From Octopus sinensis (lineage: Eukaryota), in the NCBI RefSeq assembly GCF_006345805.1, contig NC_043001.1, forward strand, positions 88,288,001 through 88,352,000: a DNA stretch of 64,000 nt. The letters run 5' to 3'. A model generated the notes under the pieces. It had not been told where the DNA came from. It made no database searches and saw nothing but the letters and a program-made list of their open reading frames with translations. Positions within the stretch are counted from its first letter, which is position 1. The number at the start of each line of letters is the position of its first letter. The position numbers and the translations under genes are program-made. Shown in pieces: positions 51,833 through 64,000 of the stretch.

Positions 51833-54681
51833 TTAATAATTCATTATTATTGAATTTGAATTTAGTTAAAATCTCAACAATATTGGAAATTAACATGCCA
51901 AATTGATTGAGAAATTTTCTCATGATTGAATATTTTTGTTCTTTAAACATTACCATTGTTGTTGAATACTAACCATCTTAAAATATAAATATATATAATT
52001 ATTTTCACAAATATCAGGTCAATATTTTATGAGCAACAGCAGGTATTTTGCCACTCCTGCTAGCTTGCATGTATTGAGTCCTTCTGGTTTCACGCCAATA
52101 AAAACTGAAGCAGGAGAACTATTTGACAGTTATTCAAAAGAATTTGAGCATAGTCAATGTGATATCACATATGACACATGAGATTGTTGGTGATGAAACA
52201 TTTGAAAATATTCTTATTGCTATATCTTTTATCATTTACTTGTTTCATTCATTGGACTCAAATAAATCAACTGCAGTAATTTTTAAGTCTGGCACCTATC
52301 ATATCAGTGTCTTTTGCTAAACAGCTAAGTTATAAGGATGTTAACAAACCAACACCTGTTGTCAAGTTGTGGGTGTCAAGGACAAATACAGACACAAAGA
52401 TACCCACATACACACAAAGGCTTTCACATAGTTTCTATCTACCAAATTCACTCACAAGGCATTGGATGCCCTGGGGCTATAGTAGAAGATACTTGCCCAA
52501 GGTGTTGCAATGGGATTGAATTTGAAACCAATGGTTGCAATGCAAACTTCTTAACAATACAGCCATTCCTATAAACAATGTTCTTTACTTGTTTATTTAA
52601 ATAATTGATTTACTGTACACAATATCGATTATTTTAAAATTTTATTTCAAATATATTCATCACTATAAAGTAGACACAGAAAAATCTACTGTATTTTTAT
52701 AACTAAAGAAGGTAAGTGTGTTCTTAAGGAAAGAATTTGAAGAACAAAAGTAGCCAATGATGAAAATATTTCACGATTAATTTGGTTATACTAAAATTCA
52801 ATATTGCCAACATTTCTGAAAGATTACTATTTTATTGCTGAATTTGAATCTGGTGGTAACAGATATATGAATAAGTAACAACCCAATGAATAGTTGTTAA
52901 ATTTTTTTCCATCTCATCACATCATCATTTGATGTCCATTGGCATGGGTTAGGCACAAATATTTGTAGATCCTCATGACTTTAGAATATGAAGCTGTCAA
53001 TATATAAATAAGGCTGCCTACATATAATATAGGGAAAACCTTTGATTTAGATCTTCATCAAAAGCAATCAAAGTTATGAGAATTAGATTAATATTGCAAT
53101 GAGAGGTCCATGAACTTTTTTAAGCTCTCGCATATAAACATGTAATATTACATTTTCTTAGAGATACTTAAAGCTAAAATTAAGAGATTAAAAGGCCATC
53201 AAAAGGTCATTTCACTCAACCCTGAAGACCCTCTGTTATTCCTTGGGTTTATTATCCCAAAACATAAAACCTGGATTACCATCTACTTTGTCCTACAAAC
53301 CCATTTCCATCACTGGAGACATGGTTTTGTTTAAATATATAATAAATAGTTTTATTTGTTTTAATCATGCTAGTTTCTTTTATCTTTAAAGTACACATTT
53401 ATTAAATGAAAAATCATAACATTTTTTTGGCAGGTTTTGAACACACTCTATTAATAGTAACTTTTCAGATAGACAGACAAATATTCTTCAATGCAGTTGA
53501 ACAGCCAATCCCAACCAGCTGAGATTCACAGTACAGGTTTATTGGTTGTACTACTCACCCTTTTGAACACTGAATACAAAATGTGACTCATGAGACCTCT
53601 GTTTGGGTGATTTTCCTGAGCCTCCATCTCCCCCTTGTACACCAATTCATCACAGGGTTACCTATTTATAGCTGAGTGGGTTGGAGTCATATGAAATGAA
53701 GTGCTTTACTCAAGAACACTACGCACAGCCAATGTGGGATTTGAAATCACTACTGCAAGATTGTGAGTGCAACACCCTAACCACTAGGTCACAAGATGTC
53801 GCTAGCCGTTCAAGAATTTGGACCTGGAGATCTCCATTTCCAGTGACTTTGAGGGCCACCTACCAGTGGTGTCGGGCATCAACGAAGAGCCCTCGACTAC
53901 AAGATGACCAAAGTTTTTTTTTTCCAAGGTCTGGGGGTCTCCTGCCCCTAAGCCCAAGACCATCACCTAATCACCCTTACCCGTCTTGTTGCTTAACAAC
54001 AACAACAAGATGTCACTAACTCTTCACACACACAACTTCTAAGTCAGAGACTTCAACTCCAGAATACTTGGCTGAAGTTTCTGTCCATTCATCATCAATA
54101 CTGTGTAATAAACATTAATAACTGTGTACGGTATTATCATGAAACTCATCATCATTTAACATTTGCTTTCCATGCTGGCATGGATTGGATGGTTTGACAT
54201 GGAGATGGCTAGCAGGGAGCTGTCCAGACTCCAATTGTCTGTTTTGACATGGTTTTTTATGGCTGAATGCCCTTCCTAATGCCAACCATATAGCAGAGTG
54301 TGCTGAGTGTTTTGTTGTCATCTTCATCATCATTGTCATCATTTAACATCTACATTTTTATGCTAAAAAAGGTCAAATGGAATTTATTGAGGTAGATTTT
54401 TCTATAACCAGATGCTCTTCCTGACACCAATATTCATCTGTTTCAAAGTAAGGTAACATTTCACCATAACCAGACAAGTTTTTCATGGAAGACTGGAAAC
54501 AACCAGCATCACTATATAGGTGCAGGCATGGCTGTGTGGTAAGAAGTTTGCTTCCCAGCCACATGGTTCAGAGTTCAGCCCTAGTGCATGGCACCTTGGG
54601 CAAGTGTTTTCTACTATAGCTCCAGGCTGTCCAAATATTTGTTAGTGAATTTGATAGACAGAAACTGAAAGAAGTCCATTG

Positions 54682-54720
<39 letters not shown>

Positions 54721-54773
54721 ATGTATGTATGTATGTATGTATGTATGTATGTATGTATATGTATGTATGTATG

Positions 54774-54821
<48 letters not shown>

Positions 54822-54916
54822 AAATAGAAAGATGAATAATCTTGTAGTAGATTAATCAAAAGTTTATTTGTTTTTGCCCCGCCTCTGTTCTGTTTTTGTT
54901 TTTCCAACGGATTTCC

Positions 54917-55009
54917 TATTTTCTTCCTGAAGAGAAGACACAATATGGTCCCATTATTCAATCGGATTTTGGTAATTTGTGCCTTTCGAAACACATGTAG
55001 AATGAAATA
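54917..55009 (+). ncRNA. Type I hammerhead ribozyme candidate (intact core)
   Basis: CTGAAGA 54927-54933; helix II GAAGACACAA pairing with TTGTGCCTTTC (bulge plus mismatch) around a long loop; GAAA 54988-54991; helix III AC-ACAT-GT; GTA triplet (A54999); helix I TTTCTTC/GAA(T)GAAA. Confidence 0.7.
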
Positions 55010-55065
55010 AAACGATTTCCGTTCAATCTGCGTTCAGCTCCATTTCTTCAATTCACCAATAATAT

Positions 55066-55096
<31 letters not shown>

Positions 55097-55099
55097 GTA

Positions 55100-55131
<32 letters not shown>

Positions 55132-55400
55132 TCCTGAGTGCCATACTAATACAATTGTTTGTTTGTATTCCACCTGCCTTCATCTTTTGTTTATTTTCAT
55201 AAAGCTTCCCGTTATATATATATATATATGGGGAGAGTTCACAAAAAAAACAAAAGATGAAGACGGGTGGTATACAAAACAAACAGAAGAATTAGTATAA
55301 CACTCAGGAATAGAAAAAGTCTTTTATGTTTCAAGCCTATGCTCTTCTACAGAAAGAGACACAGAAAAAACAAGGAGAGAAAAAAAAAGGAGAGAAATAT
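55132..55400. mobile_element. Tail-to-tail pair of Penelope-type terminal-repeat fragments across (TA)n, with a degenerate hammerhead at 55320-55357(-)
   Basis: 55132-55214(+) is an inverted copy of ~55230-55312. Minus strand TCTTT-CTGTAGA-AGAGCATAGGCTT-GAAAC-ATA-AAAGA. Confidence 0.65.
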
Positions 55401-56029
55401 ATACATATATATATATATGATAGGCTTCTTTCAGTTTCTGTCTAACAAACTACTTACGAAGTTTCGGTCAGCTCAGGACTTTAGTGGAAGATACTTACTC
55501 AAGGTGTTGTGCAACAGAGTTGAGCCCAAGACCACATGTTTAAGAAGCTAGCTTCTTAATACCACATAGCCACATCTATACTTATATATAAGTGTTTAGA
55601 TTTAAAAATAAATGCCTATATTTTATCATTTCCATGTTATACATTTGTATTTACTGCTGCTTTAAAATGCTTGTATTTCTAGTAATCCCTAATGAAGCAG
55701 AATTGAAACATACACAATGTATTTGTTCTTCAGAGATATACTTCATAACATAACATCCAATTTTTTTTTTTACATGTTTAACATGTCAAAGCCATTTTAT
55801 CAGAAACAAACGTCATTGCAGAGACAACTATTGAACCACAGCAGGTGAGATAAACATTAGACATGCTTTGTCCCATATAAAAACTGCTGGAGCTACTTAA
55901 AGATATTGCAAGCTCTTCACATGGTGTTGACTAAAAATATTGCAACATTGGAAACACTCATGTATCTTCAGTAGGTATCTTAGAATCACAAGCATTTCTC
56001 CCCAGGACTGAATAAGGCTTCACCCACAG

Positions 56030-56200
56030 ATGGTTTCCACCTTTGGTCTCTTGTCAACTACAGTCACCATGAACTGGTTTCAGCTTCCATGGCTATCTCC
56101 TTGGTTGTTTTCTTCAGTTGTTGGGGTTCTAAACCAATATTCATCAAGGAATAGCACACCAGTCTTGCTGGAATGGAGACTGAGTTCAGCCAACTTCAGT
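56030..56200 (-). mobile_element. Possible RLE-clade (HERO-like) non-LTR ORF C-terminus
   Basis: LMNIGLEPQQLKKTTKEIAMEAETSSW*L*LTRDQRW, resembling the 'AE..S.WLW..R...W' ending. Confidence 0.4.
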
Positions 56201-56659
56201 AAGGAATAAGGCAGAGTGCTATCGTTTGACAAGAATTTCATCAGTTGGAATCATATCAGGAAAAAGTTATATAGTCAGAACCTGAACAAACAATGACAAT
56301 ATTGAGAATTTATCTCAAAGAAAACAGCCTCATCTAACAGATGGATCAAACCACAATAGAAAAAAAAACTCATAACAGGTGAAGAATGTAAACAGAGAAA
56401 ATAGAATAATGATTATTTGGTGTTTAGTGTATTTGCCTGAAGAACAAACAAATGAGACTTATTAGTATGTTGAGTATCTTATTTGTTGTAAACTGAAATT
56501 TAGCTCCAGCCAAGTTGAAAACCTATTTTTTTAAATGAAATTCTCAGTTTCTAACTGAAATCCCTAGACTATTTTAAACAAATAATGGAAAACCTTCTGA
56601 AAGAAAATAATTTCTGATGCTACTTTTATTCCAAAGAACTACTGTCATTTTGCTAAACA

Positions 56660-57800
56660 GGTTTTACTCAATACTAAACTTATCCTTAAACAGAACCAAC
56701 CATAATCAAACTCTTTCTTCTCATTGGTGTTGAAAAATTCCATGATAAAGATGCAATATTGAGAGTAAATGATGATGCACTCTCATTTAGCACAATAAGA
56801 TGAAATGTTAAGAATTTATGTGAAAATGTAAAAGAACAGATCTTTACAAGTTTGAAACGCCCCATGCCATGACTTAATAAATGAATGGAAGTACTGACAC
56901 AACAAATCACACATAGTTTCTTTGTTAGTGCATTTTCCAGATATTTCTGATGATGTACAAAATTTAGATGGACATTAACTACATTGTATTGACACTAGGG
57001 AAGAAACCCCTGGAGAGGCTATTTTCAATAGCATTGATGATTTTCCTGTTAAAGTTGGATATGCACTTCACAGTCTAATGGTGGGATTGTGACAATGATA
57101 GGTATTCAGTCAATAATAGTGATGCATGTGAAACACATTTCTCTCACAAATCAAAGTACTTAATGTATGTGAGTTGTTGAAACACCAGAAGCTGTGTTTT
57201 TCATCTGAGAAAAATCCCTTTATAAATAATGTATTGCATTAAAAAACACAATAAACTTCAGAGCTAGGTGAAACAAAATCACACCAGAAGTGACTGGCAG
57301 AGCAACAGATAGATATTTTGCGGTTATTGTGGCTTATTAATGTCACATACTCATGTCACTTTCAAAACAAAATCATATCAGCTATCGGAGGCTGCAACAA
57401 AAGCAAAATACATATCTGTTGCTCCTGTGGTCACTTCCAGGGTGATTTTGCTTCTCCTAGTTCTGCAGTATTTCGTGTTCTTTAACGCAATATGTCTAAA
57501 AAGGGATTTTTCCCTGGATGAAAATTACAGATTCTGGCATTTCATCAACACATGGACATTAAATGTGTTGTATTGATAGAGTTTATACTTTAGAACTCCT
57601 TCCACTGCATTTCTCTTATATCTTTTAATCCTCATTGCACTATTCACAGGGAAGCATTGATTGCAAAAAAATGTAAGTTCATGAAAGGAAAGCAATAAAA
57701 CTCAGTAAAATGTTTGATCACGTTAAAAAATATATCAAACATGCAAAAATGTATTCAAAACAATCCTGTATGTTTCTGTATGGTACAGAAACAATTACAA
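56660..57800 (+). pseudogene. hAT (Buster/Charlie-like) transposase relic, interrupted
   Basis: LSFSTIR*NVKNLCENVKEQ, STDTTN, TPGEAIFNSIDDF and, after an insertion, HCTIHREALIAK (CxxH motif, ~57632). Confidence 0.7.
57160..57562. mobile_element. Fold-back/MITE nested in the hAT relic, arms ending in TTAA
   Basis: ~165-bp imperfect arms TTAATGT...ATATTTTGC / GCAAAATAC...ACATTAA. Confidence 0.75.
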
Positions 57801-57847
57801 CAAATCATTAAAGATGTGTTAAAGGATTTGTCTTATTATTATTTGGA

Positions 57848-57902
<55 letters not shown>

Positions 57903-57904
<2 letters not shown>

Positions 57905-59050
57905 CAGGGTATAGATGGTATGTGTTCGCATGATGCCTGTCTTAAGAAAAATTTAAAAAGTGTAATTATCTTTTGAGACATATTTGCCAAATTTGGGTCA
58001 GTTTGTCTTCATGACATGTTCTGTTGAGCTCACTGAATGAACCCACCTCTGGCCTTGATGACAGCCTCCAGGCGATCTCAGAACTGGCCACAGACTTTTG
58101 TCACTATCTCCTGTTTAAATTCCTGATGGCCTGATAATCCTTGCTCTCAGCTTGTCCTTCATATTGCATCTGGATTTGTTGGTCTCTCATTCCACCACAC
58201 TCCACATAAAGAAGTTGAGGAGATTACCGTCAGCCAAGTTGGGAGGCTAAATGTCAGGTGGTGTATGATCAAATAAATTCTCTGGCAGTCAGGCCTGGGT
58301 CTTCTGGCTGGTGTGGCAGGGTGCAGAACCTTGCTGCCACACTTATGACCTCTTTGCAGCTATCCAGTCAATTCAGGGATTCACCACCTTGCCTAGAACA
58401 TGGATGAAGCTGTTGGTGTTCAGCCTGAGGCTTTCAGGGAAGAAGTGGGGCGTATGATGTCAGCTTCACTGCTAACAACACCGAAGACCATGATTGTCAC
58501 TGGAAATTTCATCTGCATGACTCTGAGCATGTCCTTGGATGAGACAGCATGCCACCTATTGTTCTGGCTAGTTGATCATCTGGTCTTGGCAGAAATTCTT
58601 CTTGTCGGAGAAGAACCACAGCATGTCTGGCTCCAACAGGTGTTTTAACTTGTTAATCAGATTCTTTCCTGCATCACACCCTGGACAGAAATTGTTCCTT
58701 CTTCATCTGGTATGAAAAGTAGTAAATGTCCTCATGTATCACCAGCCCAATGAGCTTTTCATCCACACCTTTCTCCTGTGCAATAGCATATATTGACTTG
58801 CTGGGATCATTGTTGATGATCTCCTGGATTTCATTGATGAATTCTGGCATTTTTATGGTGTCAGATCATTGAAAATGGGTTTTCCTTTCTGCTGTCACCT
58901 TGTTGAAGACTGGATCTTCCAGCTCCTTTCTAACCTTTCCCGCCATCCTTCTGCTGATGTTGGGGGAAGTCTGAATATCCTTGTTTATCTTTCCAGTGGA
59001 GATTCCAAGAAGGATTCCATATTTCTTCTACAAATAATGGAATGTGGGGG
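57903..59050 (-). mobile_element. Decayed Tc1/mariner-superfamily transposase (related to 35929-36763)
   Basis: Minus-strand pieces WFFSDKKNF, MKFPVTIMVFGVVSSE, GSAPCH...KTQAWL, DRLEAVIKARGG; TACAGGGT end at 57903. Confidence 0.75.
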
Positions 59051-59749
59051 GTTAACATTTTCTATTGTCAATTATTCTGCAAAGAAAAAAAAAGGTAAAA
59101 ATGGTTGTTGTTTTTAAGAAGAAAAAGACCAACAACAAAAGTAAAGAGAAATATGCTTAAGATTAGCAGCTGAAAATTGTGAATGAATACCATCATATAT
59201 ATATATATATATATGTGTGTGTAAATATGTATGTATGTATGTATGTATGTGTGTGTGTGAAAAGGATCAAATCCATCCTGAGCCATGGGCTCACAAGGCT
59301 AGTTTCACAGATTCTGTGGTGCATATATATCCACCCACCTTCATTGCAGGTTATTCATTTTTGCCAGCTGAGTGGACTGGAGCAATGTGAAATGAAGTTT
59401 TTTGCTTAAGAAGACAATACTTCACCTGGTCCAGAAATTGAAATCTGAATCTTACAATCATGAGTGCAACACTCTAACCACTAAGCCACATGTCTCCACA
59501 CACATACACACACATATATAAAAGGTATGGATGCACCCAGGGCATGACAATTTCACCATTCAGGTTTTGGCTCTTATTGTTAATCACAGTAAACTCCCAC
59601 TGTTGTGTGATCCCAAAGCTTTATGCAATCTGAGGAGGGCTATAATATAAATAAAGAGCACACCAATAATGAGAGAAAAGAATGTGGTCTTGAACTTAGT
59701 ATTCCTTGCTCTTTTCTCTCATATAAATATATATATTAACTGAAATGTA

Positions 59750-60200
59750 CAGTTAGGTGGCCAGATTTTAGGGGTGGTGTGGTCTCAAAAATTATCTAAC
59801 AGCCATGACTGGGTTCCTCTGCTTGTGTGGCATGGTGCAGAATCCTGTTGTTAGACATAGGGTCTTCCAGTAGCCACCCTCTTCACTCAGGGCAGCACTA
59901 CCTCCTCCAGGCACTCGATGTAGGCCTTTGTGTCGAGTTTGAGGCCACATGGGAAGATGAATGGAGGCATAACATCGCCATCACTAGTGATCACTCCAAA
60001 CACTGGATGTTTGATTTTTATCACTCTTGGTACATGTCCTCGGATTGACACTCAAACCCTCTGAAATGTTCGTATTGAAGCGAATGCCAAGCATTACGTG
60101 TTGTTTCCAAGTTTTTAGCATAGTGAATTGTGTCATGGTGCTGCTTTGCTCAAAGACGGTGCCAAACTGACCCTACTAAACTGTTTAGTCGAGAAAATCA
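59750..60200 (-). mobile_element. Fragment of the same Tc1/mariner family as 35929-36763
   Basis: Closely similar to 36235-36720. Confidence 0.8.
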
Positions 60201-60290
60201 AAAACAAGGCACATGCACGAAATTAAAAATATAAAATCATCGTTTATAGGCATGTATGTGCCTGTATATCTACACCAATCAATCTACGTA

Positions 60291-60343
<53 letters not shown>

Positions 60344-60413
60344 AGCAGATAGGATAGGTAAGACAGGCATGCAAAATAAGAGATAGACAGATAGATAGGA
60401 AGATAATATACAG

Positions 60414-60448
<35 letters not shown>

Positions 60449-60619
60449 AGCTGATAGATAAATGTTAATCGAAAAGCAAAAGAAAAACCAAGAAGGGAGA
60501 GAAACTGATGAATTCTACAATAATTGTGAAGTAAAAGAGGCTGAAATGAGGAAGAGGAGGAGGAAAAAGAAGGAAGGAGATGGAGGGGAGGGGGGATTAG
60601 GAAGTAATATTGCACATGT

Positions 60620-60720
60620 TATGTTAGCGGCGGCACGCGACGACGAAAACGAGATCTCGTCACGCCGCCGCCGCTGCCAGAGTCCGTCCAACGAGATCAC
60701 ACGAGACTAGTCTTGCTTCC
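60620..60720 (+). promoter_or_regulatory. CpG-rich patch; probable CaMKII promoter/5' UTR
   Basis: Densest CpG cluster outside young repeats, ~45-140 bp upstream of the ATG. Confidence 0.6.
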
Positions 60721-60763
60721 CCCCTCCCTCGCCCCACACAGCTCAGGCATTTACTTATTCAAC

Positions 60764-60828
60764 ATGGCTACGACTGCATCGTTATCGAAATTCAACGAGA
60801 TTTATGAACTGAAAGAAGAACTTGGCAA
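60764..60828 (+). CDS. CaMKII: Ca2+/calmodulin-dependent protein kinase II, first coding exon (MATTASLSKFNEIYELKEELG-K)
   Basis: Resembles CaMKII N-termini ([44 protein letters not shown]). 65 coding nt end AA|GTATGT, the phase-2 intron inside the K codon typical of CaMKII genes. Next exon (GAFSVVRRC) not found in the window. Confidence 0.88.
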
Positions 60829-61182
60829 GTATGTACATCTGTCTTGTTTCCCATTCACTTTAGAGGCTTTATTATTATATTTCAATGAAAAATTTGCCTC
60901 TCCAATAACCGTATATGTATGAATATCTCAGCACACATCTCTCGCTCCAGACCTGTCGTCTGTATTCAGTTTGGATTGTCATCTTTCGCAGTCCCACCTC
61001 CCCTTCACCCCCTCTCTATTCTCTTATACTTTCTCTCTCTTTTGCTCGTTCACTCGCTACTATTTCTACCGTTTTATTCTCGTTTAATTTCTCTCATCGA
61101 TCTTATGTATTATCTTTTCCTTTATTGATTTGCCTTCTCCCTTTTACTTAACCATATATATATATATATATATATATATATC

Positions 61183-61213
<31 letters not shown>

Positions 61214-61522
61214 GTGTGTGTGTGTGTGTGTGTGTGGTGTATGTATGTATACACACACATATACCTACCTATATGTACACATATATATTTTATAGTTCCC
61301 CCACTCAGTATTTTTTTTTATTTCGCCGCTCCTTCTGTCTCTATTTAATTCCTGCTATCGTTATTTGCAATATCTCACTTCTTCATCTTCAATGCCAAAA
61401 TACAAACACACCACACCTTAATCTTTTTACATACAGACGTGTCTACACACACACACATACAGTGTGTTTACACACCTGTCTTGGTATTTATAATATATTT
61501 ATATATTTATAATATAATATAT

Positions 61523-61577
<55 letters not shown>

Positions 61578-62617
61578 TTCGTAAATCTCACATACAAAAT
61601 TATTAGATGTGTGTCTGTATGTATGTATACCACCACCATCTCCACTGCATCGAAAATATTATACACACACGATCACCTGCCATAATATATCTAAAAACAT
61701 CACATTTGTGTGTATACACGCATCCACACCCACCCTCATTCTGTCTTGTGTAATCATCATTCTCCATCATTCAACGATGACAGTTTACATCTTTCCTTCA
61801 CAACACGCAGACATCATATACACATACAGTGACATATGTATCAACACACACACATACATACTCATATATATACGCCCGCTCACACTTGTCTGTGTGTGTT
61901 TATGGTCTCAGTTTTTTTTTTCAGTTGTGTAATCATGTTCCTTTGCATTCCACTCTTCACACATAGTCAGATTAATATGTAATCTTTCACCTGAAGAGCC
62001 TCCAATGTAGTCTCTCGATTTGCTAGAAACAGCAGCCAAATTATCAAACAACATCTTAGGGGAAAAAAAAAATAAATAAACGAAAGACGCATTGGATAAG
62101 GTAGTTCTGGATACATTTTATTTTGGATACATTTTATCTGAAAATAAAATGTAATTGTTGGTGGCTGGAATACTTTGATCATAGGTCTACTTGATCAGTG
62201 CTGACCCGGGGCTAAACAACTGGATATAATATCACCAATCGCATTCATACTGCCTATTTATATTTATATAAAGAGATTACACAATTACATTAATAATCTC
62301 AATAACACTCAATCTCCATCACCAAATAGGGCGTTCTCCCACAATAATCACATATATATAATACTTGTGTGTATATATCTGTATACATACACGTATACAT
62401 ATATTTATATATATGTGTGTGTGTATATATATACATACATACACGTACACACATTTGTTGTTTTACAGTTAATTACTTGGCCCACGCGAAAACATTGTCA
62501 ACTACATAATTAATTGTAGTTATTAAATTAATTTAGTAAAATGTGATGTGGAAGTCATTTGATCAGGAACGTTTTTGAAATACGTACAATACATATGTAT
62601 ATGTTTCTCTCTCTTTT

Positions 62618-62724
<107 letters not shown>

Positions 62725-64000
62725 ATCCATCTATCTATCCATCCACACACATTTTCGCACAAGCATCCATTACTGTGTTGTACAGTTCAAGTTGAGCTCT
62801 CGGCGAACCGAGTCCACGACACAGTTTCGATCCCTGATCGGACACGTTTTACATCGCATACATCACTAGCCAATCTCCTTCGAAAAAGGTGTGACCGTCA
62901 TTATCACCACCCCCGTGTCACCATTCTGCTGTCAAAATTCTTCGGTTTGCTTATTTGGAAGAAGTGGTGGGGCGGAAAACAAACTGCTTTGCGTTATTTT
63001 GTTAGAACCATATGTTCTGAGTTCAATCCTAATCGAAGTGGAACTTGCTTTTCAACCTTTCAGAGTCGATAAAATAAAGTACCAGTTATACTGGAGTCGA
63101 TGTGTTCCACTGTCTACTCCACCTCAGAAAGTGCTGGCTAGTGGTGGATTAGCAGAATATTTGCGGTGTTTTTTCAGCTCTTTATGTTTTGAGCTCAAAT
63201 TTCGCCGAGGTCAGCTTTGCCGTTCATCATTTCGGGGTCGTTAAAATAAATTGCCGAGCCATTTAATCGACTAATCCCTCCCACTAAATATTGCTGGCCT
63301 AGTGTTAAAATTTGAAACAATTATTATTACTGTTGCACGGTTGTTTTACAACACCTGACAAAATGCTTTGCGCTGTGTCAATACCCTCTCTGTCGTTGTG
63401 GATTCGTGCCTATGTTCTAAATTCATATCCAGCTGTGGTCGATTTTGCCTAGTGGTATTTGCGTCACTGCTACATTGTAAGTTCAAATCCTGCTGCGGTT
63501 GTCTTTACTACCTATCCTTCGGGGATCGTTAAAATAAAGTACCAGTCAGATACTGAGGCCGATATAGTTGGCTGTATCCTCCCTCATATTCGGAGCCTTG
63601 TTCCTCTATTAGAAACGATTATTATTATTTCAATCTTGTCTGTACATCGCCTCAACGATTCCTGTAGGCTGCATCTATCATCGCTGCTTATTCTGCCAGC
63701 ATCATCTCTTAGCTACCTATATCATACGGTATGATATTGATGCTGGCGATGGTATATATGCGTATTCTTAATGATGACGATGGTGTGTGTTTGTAGTAAA
63801 GTTTATGTGCGTAAATCTATGATTTATACGTATGATAGTTATTTAACCCCAGGTTAGCTCTGATCGTGTAGACTTAAATGATCAAAGGATTTCTGCTGTG
63901 ACCATCCTATTTTTTTTTTCAGGTATAGTGTTTCCAGGACTGTATTATTCAATATGTCCTTCACTTTTTTAACACTGCAAGGCGCTCCAGCCTCGACCAT

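Noticed and set aside
52030-52185. 50-aa ATG-started frame MSNSRYFATP...
   Set aside because: Short, unrecognised, no splice support.
61991-62040. CTGAAGA...GAAAC motif
   Set aside because: No helix II closure and no UH triplet; lies in a SINE-like repeat.

Overview
AT-rich, microsatellite-dense animal genomic DNA, most consistent with an octopus/coleoid cephalopod. The species call is an inference from the SINE, RTE-tail and simple-repeat content. The only host gene I recognise is the first coding exon of CaMKII (60764-60828, +), behind a small CpG-rich patch. The ~60 kb upstream is a mosaic of transposons: one complete but decayed 4.1-kb Ty3/Gypsy element (LTRs plus 5-bp TSD), several mariner/Tc1 relics, hAT and piggyBac-type MITEs, non-autonomous Helitrons (including a head-to-tail pair), RTE and other LINE fragments, a Penelope-type GIY-YIG relic, and many tRNA-derived SINEs (only representative copies listed). 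Two signals stand out. (1) Four type I hammerhead-ribozyme folds have an intact catalytic core. Three of them sit in long fold-back elements, facing outward, with the copy on the opposite arm damaged. (2) The Gypsy element has no TGG-type primer-binding site; the 12 nt after its 5' LTR are instead complementary (11/12) to the 5' end of metazoan tRNA-Phe. All structures and alignments were made by eye and nothing was computed or searched. Nearly all long ORFs in the supplied track are microsatellite artefacts.
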